A program made the position numbers and the translations under genes. 64,000 bases of DNA from Bacilli bacterium. Its GTDB lineage: Bacteria; Bacillota_I; Bacilli_A; RF39; UBA660. Location: assembly GCA_017544165.1 (NCBI GenBank), contig JAFYER010000002.1:5228-69227 (forward strand), given 5' to 3'. Below the pieces are notes generated by a model. The model was not told the DNA's origin and did no database searches. It saw only the letters and a program-made list of their open reading frames with translations. Numbering within the stretch: the first letter of the stretch is position 1; every line of letters begins with the position of its first letter. This document shows, piece after piece, positions 10,200 to 19,897 of this stretch.

Positions 10200-10273
10200 G
10201 CAGGTGTAGTTTAATGGTAGAACCCTAGCCTTCCAAGCTAATGACGGGAGTTCGATTCTCCTCACCTGCTCCA
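10200..10273 (+). tRNA. tRNA-Gly (anticodon UCC)
   Basis: Hand-folded canonical cloverleaf. Acceptor GCAGGTG/CACCTGC, anticodon loop CUUCCAA, T-loop TTCGATT, encoded CCA. Confidence 0.9.
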
Positions 10274-10283
10274 TTTGAAATAA

Positions 10284-10308
10284 ACGTCGAACTAATCGAC
10301 GTTTTTTT
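10284..10308 (+). terminator. Rho-independent terminator
   Basis: ACGTCGA-ACTAA-TCGACGT followed by a T7 run. Confidence 0.8.
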
Positions 10309-10461
10309 ATTAAAAAGTGCATTATTATAAATTAATCCATATTTAATACCTTAGAATTAACAAAAATCACTAATCTTCGACACAAAATGCAGTAAATTTA
10401 TAAAAAACAGTGCATTTTAAGATGACGCAAATAATTAAACCTAATACAAATAAATATTGGT

Positions 10462-10728
10462 CTATCTTTTACTCTTTTTTTCTGGAACAACTTCTGGAAT
10501 TTTAACATATTTTGTTACAGCAAAAAGATTTTTAGTTTCCTCCACAATTTGTTCATAACTTAAACCAAAGCTTGCAATTAACTCAGGATTACTAAGAAGG
10601 AGCAAATTTGTATTTAGTCTAGTTTGCATAAACGTCATATAATCAGTATCAGAATTTTCTGGTCGTCTTCCATAAAACGAATCACAATTCTCTTCAATAA
10701 ACCGGTCAATATTTTTTCCTGGATACAT
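10462..10728 (-). CDS. Hypothetical protein (88 aa)
   Basis: ORF with upstream GGGAGG-type RBS (AAGGGAGGTTGATTTTATG). No motif recognised. Confidence 0.5.
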   Translation of the reverse strand: MYPGKNIDRFIEENCDSFYGRRPENSDTDYMTFMQTRLNTNLLLLSNPELIASFGLSYEQIVEETKNLFAVTKYVKIPEVVPEKKSKR

Positions 10729-10825
10729 AAAATCAACCTCCCTTAAATTTGTATTATAACATATTAAATAACTATTTTGTTATATATACATTCTTTTTGC
10801 AAAAAAGAATATGAAATGCATAAAT

Positions 10826-11161
10826 TTATTTGAAATCATTAACTTTATATGAATAATCTTTATCCATTTTTAAAATTCGAATATTTTCCTTTTTTAGGTC
10901 TTCACTATTTAGAGATTCTAAAGGCGGATATTTATATTCTATTTGGTCATAATGCTTAGCAATTTCTAAACCCAATATTCTATCTACAAAAAAGCCATTT
11001 TCGGTTACAAAACCCTGTTTGGCATTTCTAAGTACCCCAATTGGTTCCATTGGAAAAATAGCATAATGTCCAAGATATGATGTATATATACAATTATTAT
11101 GTAGTAAAGCTGCACAAACAACTTTGCCATATTTTTCAAAATCTATATCAATTTCACTCAT
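10826..11161 (-). CDS. Hypothetical protein (111 aa)
   Basis: ORF track only. No motif recognised. Confidence 0.45.
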   Translation of the reverse strand: MSEIDIDFEKYGKVVCAALLHNNCIYTSYLGHYAIFPMEPIGVLRNAKQGFVTENGFFVDRILGLEIAKHYDQIEYKYPPLESLNSEDLKKENIRILKMDKDYSYKVNDFK

Positions 11162-11175
11162 TTTTTATGCCCAGT

Positions 11176-11787
11176 TTATAGATAATTATCTATATTTTTT
11201 ACAATATCTTCGAAGGTTTGTAAAAATTCTTTTAAATGAAATCCATCTACAAAGCCATGATGAACCATAATCATTAAATTCACATATACTTTATCATTTT
11301 CAAACATAAACTTATCCCATATTAACTGAGGGATAGTTACGCTTTTATTAAATGGCGTTAATACTTGACTAAAATTAAACCAAGGGACGCAGGAATACCA
11401 TATTTCTCCATGATCATTATTTACATCCAAGTCTTTACTGTTTAAAAAATGCTCTTTTGCTTTGAAATAATTATCCATAAACTCTTTATAATTATTTGTA
11501 TAATCCACGTTAAAGAATGCAATATTGTCATCTTCCCTTTTTTCGGTAAAGTTTAATTTTAAATGATCATAATGATAAATACTTCCGTTTTCATATCTAA
11601 GTTTAAAATTATCTATTTTCTCGATGGCTTGATGAAGAAAAAATGCAATCGAAGGATAATAATGTTTACACTTATTATATATGCTTGTTATATCTATTTT
11701 TATAGTGATATATAAAAAAGGATTTGTTTCTTCATTATAATGATTAAATAATTCAATTCTATCAAGTTTATCTATTTTAGTTCTCAT
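11176..11787 (-). CDS. Chloramphenicol-acetyltransferase (CAT, type A) family protein
   Basis: 203 aa. Catalytic-region match VHHGFVDGFH (CAT consensus HHAVCDGFH). Typical CAT length. Confidence 0.75.
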   Translation of the reverse strand: MRTKIDKLDRIELFNHYNEETNPFLYITIKIDITSIYNKCKHYYPSIAFFLHQAIEKIDNFKLRYENGSIYHYDHLKLNFTEKREDDNIAFFNVDYTNNYKEFMDNYFKAKEHFLNSKDLDVNNDHGEIWYSCVPWFNFSQVLTPFNKSVTIPQLIWDKFMFENDKVYVNLMIMVHHGFVDGFHLKEFLQTFEDIVKNIDNYL

Positions 11788-12349
11788 AGTTTCCTCCTAG
11801 CATAAAGTACTTATATATTTCACCCCAGTTATGAACATTTTTTAAATATTCATTTTCTTCTAAACATTCTGATGCATTATTTTTAAAATATAAGGCTTTA
11901 ATATTATTTTGGCTAGCTTCTAAACATGTTATAGGATCATCATCGATTATAAAATCAATGCCTAGTTCTAAACACTTTTCTATTTTTAGACAATTATTAT
12001 ATATATCAAGATTAATATTTAGAGATTGAAAAAACTCTTTGGCATAATCAAGTTCATTATCTCTTCGAGACGTTATAACTACAATTTCAAAATATTTTAT
12101 TAATTTTTCTAATACCCCTTTACAACCGGTCATAACTGGTCCATTTTCTAAAACGTACGGAGAATAATTATCATAAAAAGATGTAAAATCATTTTCATTC
12201 CAAGAGTACCTATGAGTAAACAACCTTTGCGTATTATCTATCACATTATCACCATGAAAATGATCAACATCATACATTTCTGTAAATACTCTATATAAAT
12301 TCTCAGTATCAAATACAACGCCATCTAAATCTAATGCTATTTTTTTCAT
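11777..12349 (-). CDS. HAD-superfamily hydrolase (nucleotidase-like)
   Basis: 190 aa. N-terminal HAD motif I IALDLDGVVFD and C-terminal IDD motif. Confidence 0.65.
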   Translation of the reverse strand: MKKIALDLDGVVFDTENLYRVFTEMYDVDHFHGDNVIDNTQRLFTHRYSWNENDFTSFYDNYSPYVLENGPVMTGCKGVLEKLIKYFEIVVITSRRDNELDYAKEFFQSLNINLDIYNNCLKIEKCLELGIDFIIDDDPITCLEASQNNIKALYFKNNASECLEENEYLKNVHNWGEIYKYFMLGGNYEN

Positions 12350-12372
12350 TTGAGTCTCCTTATTATTAATTT

Positions 12373-12402
12373 AAAAACAACACCAATATTTAATTGGCGT
12401 TG
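12373..12402 (-). terminator. Rho-independent terminator
   Basis: 10-bp stem CAACGCCAAT/ATTGGTGTTG followed by T5 on the minus strand. Confidence 0.7.
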
Positions 12403-12411
12403 CTAATTAAG

Positions 12412-12633
12412 TTACATTGTAAGATTTGCTTTTTGACTTTTAATTTGTGCAACTCTATCTTTTACTTCATTCCAATAATTTGGATGTTCTTCAAAAACAT
12501 GTGGATGTGCATTTAGATAGTCATTTAATGGAACAGGTCCCCATTCATTAGCTATTGCATCAGCTAGTAATTCGACAAATTCCTCATATGATAATTCAGA
12601 TAAATTCTTACCATTATATTGATATTCAGGCAT
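12412..12633 (-). CDS. Hypothetical protein (73 aa)
   Basis: ORF with RBS (CAGGAGATAATTATTATG). No motif recognised. Confidence 0.5.
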   Translation of the reverse strand: MPEYQYNGKNLSELSYEEFVELLADAIANEWGPVPLNDYLNAHPHVFEEHPNYWNEVKDRVAQIKSQKANLTM

Positions 12634-12725
12634 AATAATTATCTCCTGTCTAAAAAAAATGTATCATTGGAAATTAAAAAAGTAAACAATCTGTATATAA
12701 ACTTTACACCATTAAAAAATTATAA

Positions 12726-13652
12726 TTAAGTTAATATATCTACTATTTCATCGATATCTTTTTCTAAAATGTTACTAGCCGCGGCAAAATCATGGCCTTT
12801 ACCACCATAGAGTTCCGCAATTAACCGAACATTAACATCCGGTTTAATATTTCGATAAGATATTCTTTTATTCTCTAAACAAACCAACATTACAAAATCC
12901 AACGGACTATTATTATCACGCAAATATTGAGTTATATCATTTCGATATTCACTTGGAACAAAAATTATACCGGCATTATAATTATTAATTTTTCTCTCAT
13001 ATATATTTTTGGCATATGCCACAACCTGTTCATTTATTTGTTTTTCCTTATATTTTATAGCAAATTCTTCGTTTTCATCAAAATTAAAATTATTTGGATT
13101 ATCTTTTAATTTTTTAAATAGTCTTGCTATATAATCCTCTGTTCCTAAAATGTTAAATAAAATATTTAATTCGTTAGCTTCCTTATCGTTATACCTTGTT
13201 TTCCATTCCCAAGTATCATATTTTCTAGTTAATTCAACAAATTGATATATCCCTTTACTTTTTTCTAAATAATTATTACTTTGTAAATACTCATAAAAAA
13301 TACTTGTTCCACAGCATTTGCCTAATTCATCAGCTATTTTTATTTTAGTAAATGGATAGCGGTCAAACGATTCCTCAATCGCGGATTTATGATGGTCAAA
13401 AACATAAAATTTGCCATTTAATTCCCTATCATTTGCTATTTTAGTAAGCCAAGGATCACTCAACCACATATCAGTTACATATATCATATCGTATTCATGA
13501 ATACGATTATTATTATATAGTTCTTGAATTAAATCAGGAAGTTTCGGAGTTTCACTTAAAATATAATCAACTTCCTCAAAAGCGAGTTTTCCTAAAATAA
13601 CACTTCCCATTCCGTCAATATCTGATTCATGAGATATTATTAGTACTTTCAT
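12726..13652 (-). CDS. DHH/DHHA1 family phosphoesterase (NrnA-like)
   Basis: MKVLIISHESDIDGMGS, FDHH and GGKGHDFAAAS motifs. The ORF-track N-terminal extension to 13778 was rejected because it would overlap the divergent gene. Confidence 0.8.
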   Translation of the reverse strand: MKVLIISHESDIDGMGSVILGKLAFEEVDYILSETPKLPDLIQELYNNNRIHEYDMIYVTDMWLSDPWLTKIANDRELNGKFYVFDHHKSAIEESFDRYPFTKIKIADELGKCCGTSIFYEYLQSNNYLEKSKGIYQFVELTRKYDTWEWKTRYNDKEANELNILFNILGTEDYIARLFKKLKDNPNNFNFDENEEFAIKYKEKQINEQVVAYAKNIYERKINNYNAGIIFVPSEYRNDITQYLRDNNSPLDFVMLVCLENKRISYRNIKPDVNVRLIAELYGGKGHDFAAASNILEKDIDEIVDILT

Positions 13653-13749
13653 TTTTTTATCACCTATATATATTCTAACAAATAAAAATAAAAAATCATA
13701 ATGATTAAACAATTGTTTACATGTTATAATAATAATATTAGGAGTATTT

Positions 13750-14946
13750 ATGAAAAAATTCTTTTTATTACTATTCATATTGTTTTTTGTTACAGGATGT
13801 GTAAGAACTAAGTATTCAAATATAAATATTATAGATAGTGATGGTAAAATATTTTTACCTATTCTAAAATTTAAAGAAAAAAACTTTGAATTTGGTATGA
13901 ATTATAAACTATCTGAAATTTTTAAAAATAACAAAATTGTCTTTAAAGACGAATATCTTGATGTTTCAAAACTTGGTGAGAATACAATGAATGTTGAATA
14001 TATATTAAATGGAAATACTCATAATGAACAAATTACATATAATGTTGTCGATACAACAAAACCTTTAATCTATAACAGCGGTGTATATACGATGTATTTA
14101 AATGATGAAGATGATTTAGTAAACAGGATTATTTGCGCTGATAATCAAGATGCAAATCCTAATTGTTTTATCGAAGGTGAATATGATTTAACGACTATTG
14201 GTTCATATCCGTTAAAATATGTTGCAATAGATAATCAAGGCAATAAAAATGAAGCTGAATTTACTTTAGTAGTAAAAAAAGAAAGACCTATAACAAACGG
14301 AAATATCAGTAATGGTACTACCTATTTAGAGAATATTATAGAAAAATACAAAACTAATAAAACTAGAATTGGTATAGACGTATCGAAATATCAAGGAGAT
14401 ATAAACTGGCAAGATGTAAAAAATGCCGGAATTGAATTTGCAATGATCAGACTTGGATTTGGATATGGTGAAGTTCTTAAAATGGACGATAAATATCTGC
14501 AAAATATTAAAGGCGCGTTAGAAAATAACATCGATGTTGGCATTTATTTTTATTCGTATGCCACTACAATGGAAGAAATTGAATTACAATCAAACTACGT
14601 ATTAGAAAATATTAAAGATTATAATATAACTTTCCCTATTGTATATGACTGGGAAAACTTTAAAGATTGGAACGAATATGGCATAAGTTTATATGATTTA
14701 CGCCATCAACAAGAAATGTTTTTAAAACCATTCAAAGAAAAAGGCTATCAAGTATTACAATATGGTAGCAAAAATTATTTAAGAAACTTTTGGGAGCCAA
14801 TTAAAGAAGATATTTGGCTTGCCTTCTATATTCGGGAAGGACAAACTCTAGATTTTGAAAAGCCTATAAAAATGTGGCAAATATGTAACAATGGTAAAGT
14901 TCCTGGAATAGACTATGATGTTGACATAGATATTTACTATAAATAA
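13750..14946 (+). CDS. Lipoprotein with Ig-like domain and GH25 muramidase domain
   Basis: Lipobox LFFVTGC. GH25-like GIDVSKYQGDINWQDVKNAGIEFAMIRLG. The central region resembles bacterial Ig-like modules. Confidence 0.8.
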   Translation: MKKFFLLLFILFFVTGCVRTKYSNINIIDSDGKIFLPILKFKEKNFEFGMNYKLSEIFKNNKIVFKDEYLDVSKLGENTMNVEYILNGNTHNEQITYNVVDTTKPLIYNSGVYTMYLNDEDDLVNRIICADNQDANPNCFIEGEYDLTTIGSYPLKYVAIDNQGNKNEAEFTLVVKKERPITNGNISNGTTYLENIIEKYKTNKTRIGIDVSKYQGDINWQDVKNAGIEFAMIRLGFGYGEVLKMDDKYLQNIKGALENNIDVGIYFYSYATTMEEIELQSNYVLENIKDYNITFPIVYDWENFKDWNEYGISLYDLRHQQEMFLKPFKEKGYQVLQYGSKNYLRNFWEPIKEDIWLAFYIREGQTLDFEKPIKMWQICNNGKVPGIDYDVDIDIYYK

Positions 14947-15732
14947 TTATTTATTATGAATATCAATTTGCGTGTATGGAATAGAAATGCCGGCTTCATC
15001 TAACATTGATTTAACTATGCAATTAGCTTTCCTTTTCGAAGATAATTTGGCGTCTTTTTCAACACGCAATACAATCTTATAGATGATGGCTGAATCGGCA
15101 AACTCATCAATTCCTAAATAATCGACTTTAGCAATATTGTCGATTTTTTCTATTTCTTTAATTATCTCATTAATCTTCTTTTCGGCATCTTTTAAAGACA
15201 GTTCATAAGGAAGTGGAATATTAATGGGAACTGCATTAGTCATTATTAATGCAGAACTAATGTTACGATTAGCTATTACTAAAACTCTTCCATCATTGAT
15301 ATCTTTAATCTTGGTAGCTTTTAAACCTAATGAAACAACTTTTCCTTCGACGTCATTTACCTTTATGACATCACCGACTGAAAAATAATCGTCGATGATA
15401 ATATTAATACCCATAATTATATCTTTTAAGGCATCTTGTAAAGCAAGTCCTGCAATAACCGAGGCAATTCCAAGTCCTGCGATAACTGAAGTAATATTAA
15501 TACCATTTGTCTCTAATATAAAGGCACCGATTACAATGATGATTAAATACTTTATAAATCCTTTTAAAAGATTTAAATAGGTTACTTTTTTATTATTTAA
15601 ACTACTTCTATGATTTTCGACATATCTATTTATAAGCTTTTTTAAAATATAATAGAGTACTATTCCTACTATGACTAAAATAATTGTCATATAAACATTT
15701 TTTTTCATAAAAAATTTTAATATCTTTTCCAT
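14947..15732 (-). CDS. Small-conductance mechanosensitive channel (MscS family)
   Basis: 261 aa. TM helices followed by the MscS beta-domain signature VGDVIKVNDVEGKVVSLGLKATKI. Confidence 0.8.
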   Translation of the reverse strand: MEKILKFFMKKNVYMTIILVIVGIVLYYILKKLINRYVENHRSSLNNKKVTYLNLLKGFIKYLIIIVIGAFILETNGINITSVIAGLGIASVIAGLALQDALKDIIMGINIIIDDYFSVGDVIKVNDVEGKVVSLGLKATKIKDINDGRVLVIANRNISSALIMTNAVPINIPLPYELSLKDAEKKINEIIKEIEKIDNIAKVDYLGIDEFADSAIIYKIVLRVEKDAKLSSKRKANCIVKSMLDEAGISIPYTQIDIHNK

Positions 15733-15817
15733 TTTATCACCTAACTATATTTTAACATTATAATAATCAATTTTTAATATTTTTTGCAAATAAAAAACTA
15801 ATCATCAGACTAGTTAA

Positions 15818-16375
15818 TTATTTTTCTAAAAGTTTTCTTACTATTTCACGTAATTCCTCAGCGGATTTTTTTAAATCTTCTTTTGCTTTATATGGTTTGC
15901 CAAACCTAACTATTACCCCTTTTCTAAAAGGGCGATATTTGCCTATTGTTGCAAAAGGAATAATAACAGCACCCGAATCGACGGACATTTTGACAACACC
16001 TTTTTTAAAAGGAAGCAATCCCCTGCCTCTTTCTCTAGTTCCTTCGGGATATATTCCGATTATATTGCCCGCTTTTAAATGTTTAACCGCATTAGTATAG
16101 GCTGAGACATCTTTTCCGTCTCTTTCCACTTTAATAAGCCCCATGTTATTAAAAATAAGCGATTGGGGAAATTTAAATAATGATGCTTTGCCAAGAAAAT
16201 GCACCGGTCTTTTAGTAACACTCATTATTGTTGCTGGATCTACTAGATGAATATGATTGCCTGCAAAAATAAAGGGGCCAGACTTAGGTATATTTTCAAG
16301 CCCTTCATATGTAGGTCTTATATAAATTTTTGTTAAAAATCTTACCACATGTTGTAAAATTTTGTATTTTATCAT
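15818..16375 (-). CDS. 1-acyl-sn-glycerol-3-phosphate acyltransferase family protein
   Basis: 185 aa. NHIHLVDP (HX4D) and YPEGTR. Confidence 0.8.
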   Translation of the reverse strand: MIKYKILQHVVRFLTKIYIRPTYEGLENIPKSGPFIFAGNHIHLVDPATIMSVTKRPVHFLGKASLFKFPQSLIFNNMGLIKVERDGKDVSAYTNAVKHLKAGNIIGIYPEGTRERGRGLLPFKKGVVKMSVDSGAVIIPFATIGKYRPFRKGVIVRFGKPYKAKEDLKKSAEELREIVRKLLEK

Positions 16376-16376
16376 G

Positions 16377-17258
16377 TCATCCTCTTAATTCTTGATTTAT
16401 TTGCTGCAATAATTTTTTGTTATGGTAAAAGGTAAGAGCATGACGAATAACACGCATCTCAAACTTTTTAGATTTTAATGCTTCTCCATCTAAATTACCA
16501 TCAATTTCATTATCAGTAATAATTGTAAAGTTATCAGCTCTGACATGCTCAACATATTTAGATTCTTTATGTTTACCTTTTAAAAGCTTTACTAAGTAGC
16601 TAATGAGTTGCCTACGGTTTGTAGCAGTAATAATATAAGCATCTAATAATCCGTCATTATATATTCCATCTCTATTTACGTGGAAACCTCCACCATAATA
16701 TCCACCATTACAAACAGTTACTAGTGAAAGCTTACTAGTCTTAGACTTTTTATCCCACTTCATTGTAAATGTATATGGTTTAAATAAAATAATGTGCTTA
16801 GCAACACCAACCTTATATTGTAAAGGTCTTGGAATATATTTATTGTGAACAACTTTTTCATCATTAGCAATATCGGCATCAATACCAAAACATCCAACAT
16901 TGACAAAATATTTATCGTTGCACTTTATTAAATCAACTTGGTTATCACCTTCATCAAAAAATTCGTTAATTGAACGATTAAAATCATTACCTGTGCCTGC
17001 TGGAATACATGCAATTTTATTCTTGGTTCCATAAATTGCATTTACTACTCTATTTAAGATACCATCGCCACCGACAGCATAAATTACATAATCTTTTTTC
17101 TTGTAATTATTTAAAATATCCTCCGTTGAATTTTTTTCGTCATTAATTTCAATTTTAAAATCTAATTTTAATTTTTTAGCGGCTCTTTTAATTGCCTCAA
17201 CATAGTTATTTAGTCTTTTTTTTAAACTAAACCTATTAATCATAAAAATATACTTCAT
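16377..17258 (-). CDS. Diacylglycerol/lipid kinase (YegS/BmrU/DagK family)
   Basis: 293 aa. VGGDGILNRVVN and PAGTGNDF motifs. Confidence 0.8.
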   Translation of the reverse strand: MKYIFMINRFSLKKRLNNYVEAIKRAAKKLKLDFKIEINDEKNSTEDILNNYKKKDYVIYAVGGDGILNRVVNAIYGTKNKIACIPAGTGNDFNRSINEFFDEGDNQVDLIKCNDKYFVNVGCFGIDADIANDEKVVHNKYIPRPLQYKVGVAKHIILFKPYTFTMKWDKKSKTSKLSLVTVCNGGYYGGGFHVNRDGIYNDGLLDAYIITATNRRQLISYLVKLLKGKHKESKYVEHVRADNFTIITDNEIDGNLDGEALKSKKFEMRVIRHALTFYHNKKLLQQINQELRG

Positions 17259-17304
17259 ATAAGCTCCTCAACTAATCATAACATAATAATTATTAACATA
17301 AAAC

Positions 17305-17325
17305 AAAAAAAGATGCTAAGCACCT
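17305..17325 (-). terminator. Terminator after tRNA-His
   Basis: AGGTGC-TTA-GCATCT hairpin followed by a T-run on the minus strand. Confidence 0.6.
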
Positions 17326-17338
17326 TTTTATAACACAA

Positions 17339-17415
17339 TGGGGCGAAATAAGGGAGTCGAACCCTTGCATAACAGAGCCACAATCTGCCGTGTTAACCAC
17401 TTCACCAATTCCGCC
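17339..17415 (-). tRNA. tRNA-His (anticodon GUG)
   Basis: Reverse complement folds as a cloverleaf with the extra G-1 opposite C73. Anticodon loop UUGUGGC, T-loop TTCGACT, encoded CCA. Confidence 0.9.
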
Positions 17416-17461
17416 ATGACACATACTAGAATACCAAATATTCTAGTATTTTGCAAGTATT

Positions 17462-18097
17462 CTAGTCTATTTTAAGTTCCTCTCTCATCTTAGTTTTTAT
17501 TCTTTGAATAGTATTATCGATTTGTTTTGGACTTTTATTAAGCTTTTTAGCAATATCTTGATAACTTATTTCATTTACTAAATATGTAAAAACAAGATAC
17601 TCTGTTTCAGATAAAGCTTCTTTGGCTATATCAATTACCTCCGCATATGTTTCCATCGAAGTTAAATTATTAAGGGGATCATTTTTGGCATCATCACTAA
17701 TAGCCTCGATAAGTGGTGTTTTATCATTTAATATCTCATAATCAAGTGATAGAGTTTCATTAATAAAATGAAATTTTTTAGTCGTGTGCTTCGAAAGCAT
17801 ATTAGTTATTCTTCTTTCAACACATAAAGATAAAAATGTTTTTAAAGAAGTATTTTTATTTTCTTTATACGAATTTATCCCATCGCTAAAACCATATGAA
17901 GCCTCACAATAAATTTCTTGTTCATCAACTTGAAATATTTTAATGACATTACGATATTTCTTGACCATTAGGCCAATAATATAGCCGTATTTTTCATAAA
18001 TAATATTTTTAATATTTTCTTCATCCTCAGGGAGCAAACTAATAAGCTCACTATCAGATACATCCGCATACTTATTTTTCATATGTACCCATTTCAT
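17462..18097 (-). CDS. sigH: Sigma-70 family sigma factor, SigH-like by synteny
   Basis: Region 2 and region 4 (HTH YQDIAKKLNKSPKQIDNTIQRIK). Lies directly downstream of rlmB, as in Bacillus. Start is ambiguous (ATG at 18097 or 18082). Confidence 0.7.
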   Translation of the reverse strand: MKWVHMKNKYADVSDSELISLLPEDEENIKNIIYEKYGYIIGLMVKKYRNVIKIFQVDEQEIYCEASYGFSDGINSYKENKNTSLKTFLSLCVERRITNMLSKHTTKKFHFINETLSLDYEILNDKTPLIEAISDDAKNDPLNNLTSMETYAEVIDIAKEALSETEYLVFTYLVNEISYQDIAKKLNKSPKQIDNTIQRIKTKMREELKID

Positions 18098-18740
18098 ATA
18101 ATAATATTCCTGCACTAACGGAGGCATTTAAACTATTAATCTTACCTTTCATCGGAAGTGATACAATAACATCACTATTATCTCTAACAATTCTTGACAC
18201 GCCATCACCTTCGCTGCCAATTACTAATACCTTTTTCGGAGCGTAATTTATATGTTTATAATCTTCTCCATCCATATCAGCACAATAAATAAAATATCCT
18301 AAATCTTTTAGTTTATCAATAGCATTTTTTAAATTGTTAACCATAATTATCTTGACATTATTAATAGCTCCAACGCTTGTTTTATAAACAGTATCATTAA
18401 CTAAAACACTACGATCTTTAGGAATAATGATGCTACTTACCCCGATGCACTCACATGTTCGAATAATTGCTCCAAAGTTATGGGGATCTGCCAAATGATC
18501 TAACATCACAACCAAATTGCCAGAAACCTCCTCTAATTTATAATATTCATAATCAAAAACATCTAAAATAATTCCCTGATGATTTCCTTTAACTTTACTG
18601 TTCAAAACATTATTATCGACAAAATCATATTTTATTTTATTAGATTCCAAATAATCAATATATTCTCTTCGGGAAATATATGCTTTTTTAATTGTTTTTT
18701 TATCAGTTTCATATAAGACGTTTTTTCCAAAGATTAACAT
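18072..18740 (-). CDS. rlmB: TrmH/SpoU-family 23S rRNA 2'-O-methyltransferase (RlmB-like)
   Basis: 222 aa. SpoU motifs DPHNFGAIIRT, VIGSEGDGVS and NASVSAGILLYE. Confidence 0.8.
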   Translation of the reverse strand: MLIFGKNVLYETDKKTIKKAYISRREYIDYLESNKIKYDFVDNNVLNSKVKGNHQGIILDVFDYEYYKLEEVSGNLVVMLDHLADPHNFGAIIRTCECIGVSSIIIPKDRSVLVNDTVYKTSVGAINNVKIIMVNNLKNAIDKLKDLGYFIYCADMDGEDYKHINYAPKKVLVIGSEGDGVSRIVRDNSDVIVSLPMKGKINSLNASVSAGILLYEMGTYEK

Positions 18741-18789
18741 ATATACACCGCCTTTTTAATTAATATCATTATAACAACTTTTTTTAAAT

Positions 18790-18811
18790 AAAAAAAGCTT
18801 ATTAACTAAGC
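18790..18811 (-). terminator. Terminator after tRNA-Thr
   Basis: GCTTA-GTTAA-TAAGC hairpin followed by T7 on the minus strand. Confidence 0.6.
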
Positions 18812-18825
18812 CTTTAAACAAAACA

Positions 18826-18901
18826 TGGTGCTGGAGATAAGACTTGAACTTATGACCTATGCTTTACGAGAGCATTGCTCTACCTGCTGAGCTACTCCAG
18901 C
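18826..18901 (-). tRNA. tRNA-Thr (anticodon CGU)
   Basis: Canonical cloverleaf. Acceptor GCTGGAG/CTCCAGC, anticodon loop CUCGUAA, T-loop TTCAAGT, encoded CCA. Confidence 0.9.
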
Positions 18902-18973
18902 ACTAATTTTAGTATACACTAATTATTCTTATTTGACAACTTTTATGTTAATATATCAATGAAAGGAATCATC

Positions 18974-19894
18974 ATGTTTAAATATACACTAGATAATAAG
19001 AGATATCATACTTTTAACTATTTTTTAAAAAATAAATTTGGATCTAAAGTTTTTAAAATACCCCTTGATGCTAAAACTACTTGCCCAAATAAAAAAAATG
19101 GTGGTTGTATCTATTGCAAAGATGGAAGTAAAGCAAATATTACTAATAATAATTTGTCTCTATTTGAACAATATCAAAATGAAGTAAAGATACTTAACAA
19201 AAAATGGCCTAATGCTAAGCATATAGTTTATTTTCAAACAGGAACTAATACCAATATTCCAATTGAGGAATTTAAAAAAAATATTGAGCAGTTTTTAAAT
19301 ATTCCAAACATTGTAGGCATTTCTATTGCTACTAGACCAGACTGTTTAAATGATGATTACTATAATTATTTAGAAAAGTTAAATAAAAAAACTTTTCTAA
19401 CAATTGAACTTGGACTTCAAAGTGCTAAAGATGAAACATTAAAATTAATCAATCGTGGACATAACGTCAAATGTTTTGAAGACTCTTTAAAAAGATTTAA
19501 AAAACTAAATATATTTACTGTTGCCCATATTATAAATGGACTTCCATATGAATCTAAAGAGGATATGTTAAACACAATTAGATATTTGAATAAATTAGGA
19601 ATCGATGGAATAAAAATTCATATGCTTCATATTTTAAAGGATACCCCTTTAGAAGAGTTATATAAAAAAGAACACTTTCATATTCTTACTAAAGATGAAT
19701 ATATCGATATAGTTATCAGTCAGCTTGAACTTTTAAATGAAAAAATCGTTATTGAAAGAATAACTGGTGATCCCATCATCGAAGATTTAATTACACCAAC
19801 ATGGCTTACTAAAAAATTTGTTTTATTAAATGATATTGATAAACAAATGGTTAAGAAAAATACTTATCAAGGCATAAAAAAAGATGCATTATAG
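18974..19894 (+). CDS. Radical SAM protein (TIGR01212/YhcC-like)
   Basis: Cys cluster CPNKKNGGCIYC. I chose the ATG at 18974 because of the AAAGGAA RBS 7 nt upstream. Confidence 0.75.
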   Translation: MFKYTLDNKRYHTFNYFLKNKFGSKVFKIPLDAKTTCPNKKNGGCIYCKDGSKANITNNNLSLFEQYQNEVKILNKKWPNAKHIVYFQTGTNTNIPIEEFKKNIEQFLNIPNIVGISIATRPDCLNDDYYNYLEKLNKKTFLTIELGLQSAKDETLKLINRGHNVKCFEDSLKRFKKLNIFTVAHIINGLPYESKEDMLNTIRYLNKLGIDGIKIHMLHILKDTPLEELYKKEHFHILTKDEYIDIVISQLELLNEKIVIERITGDPIIEDLITPTWLTKKFVLLNDIDKQMVKKNTYQGIKKDAL

Positions 19895-19897
19895 CAT

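Noticed and set aside
13653-13778. N-terminal extension of the DHH phosphoesterase ORF. Similar upstream extensions occur at 7517-7573, 23296-23352, 23707-23745, 33443-33487, 35146-35169 and 56836-56856.
   Set aside because: The extensions overlap neighbouring genes or leaders, start at poor contexts, and internal ATGs with RBS give canonical N-termini.
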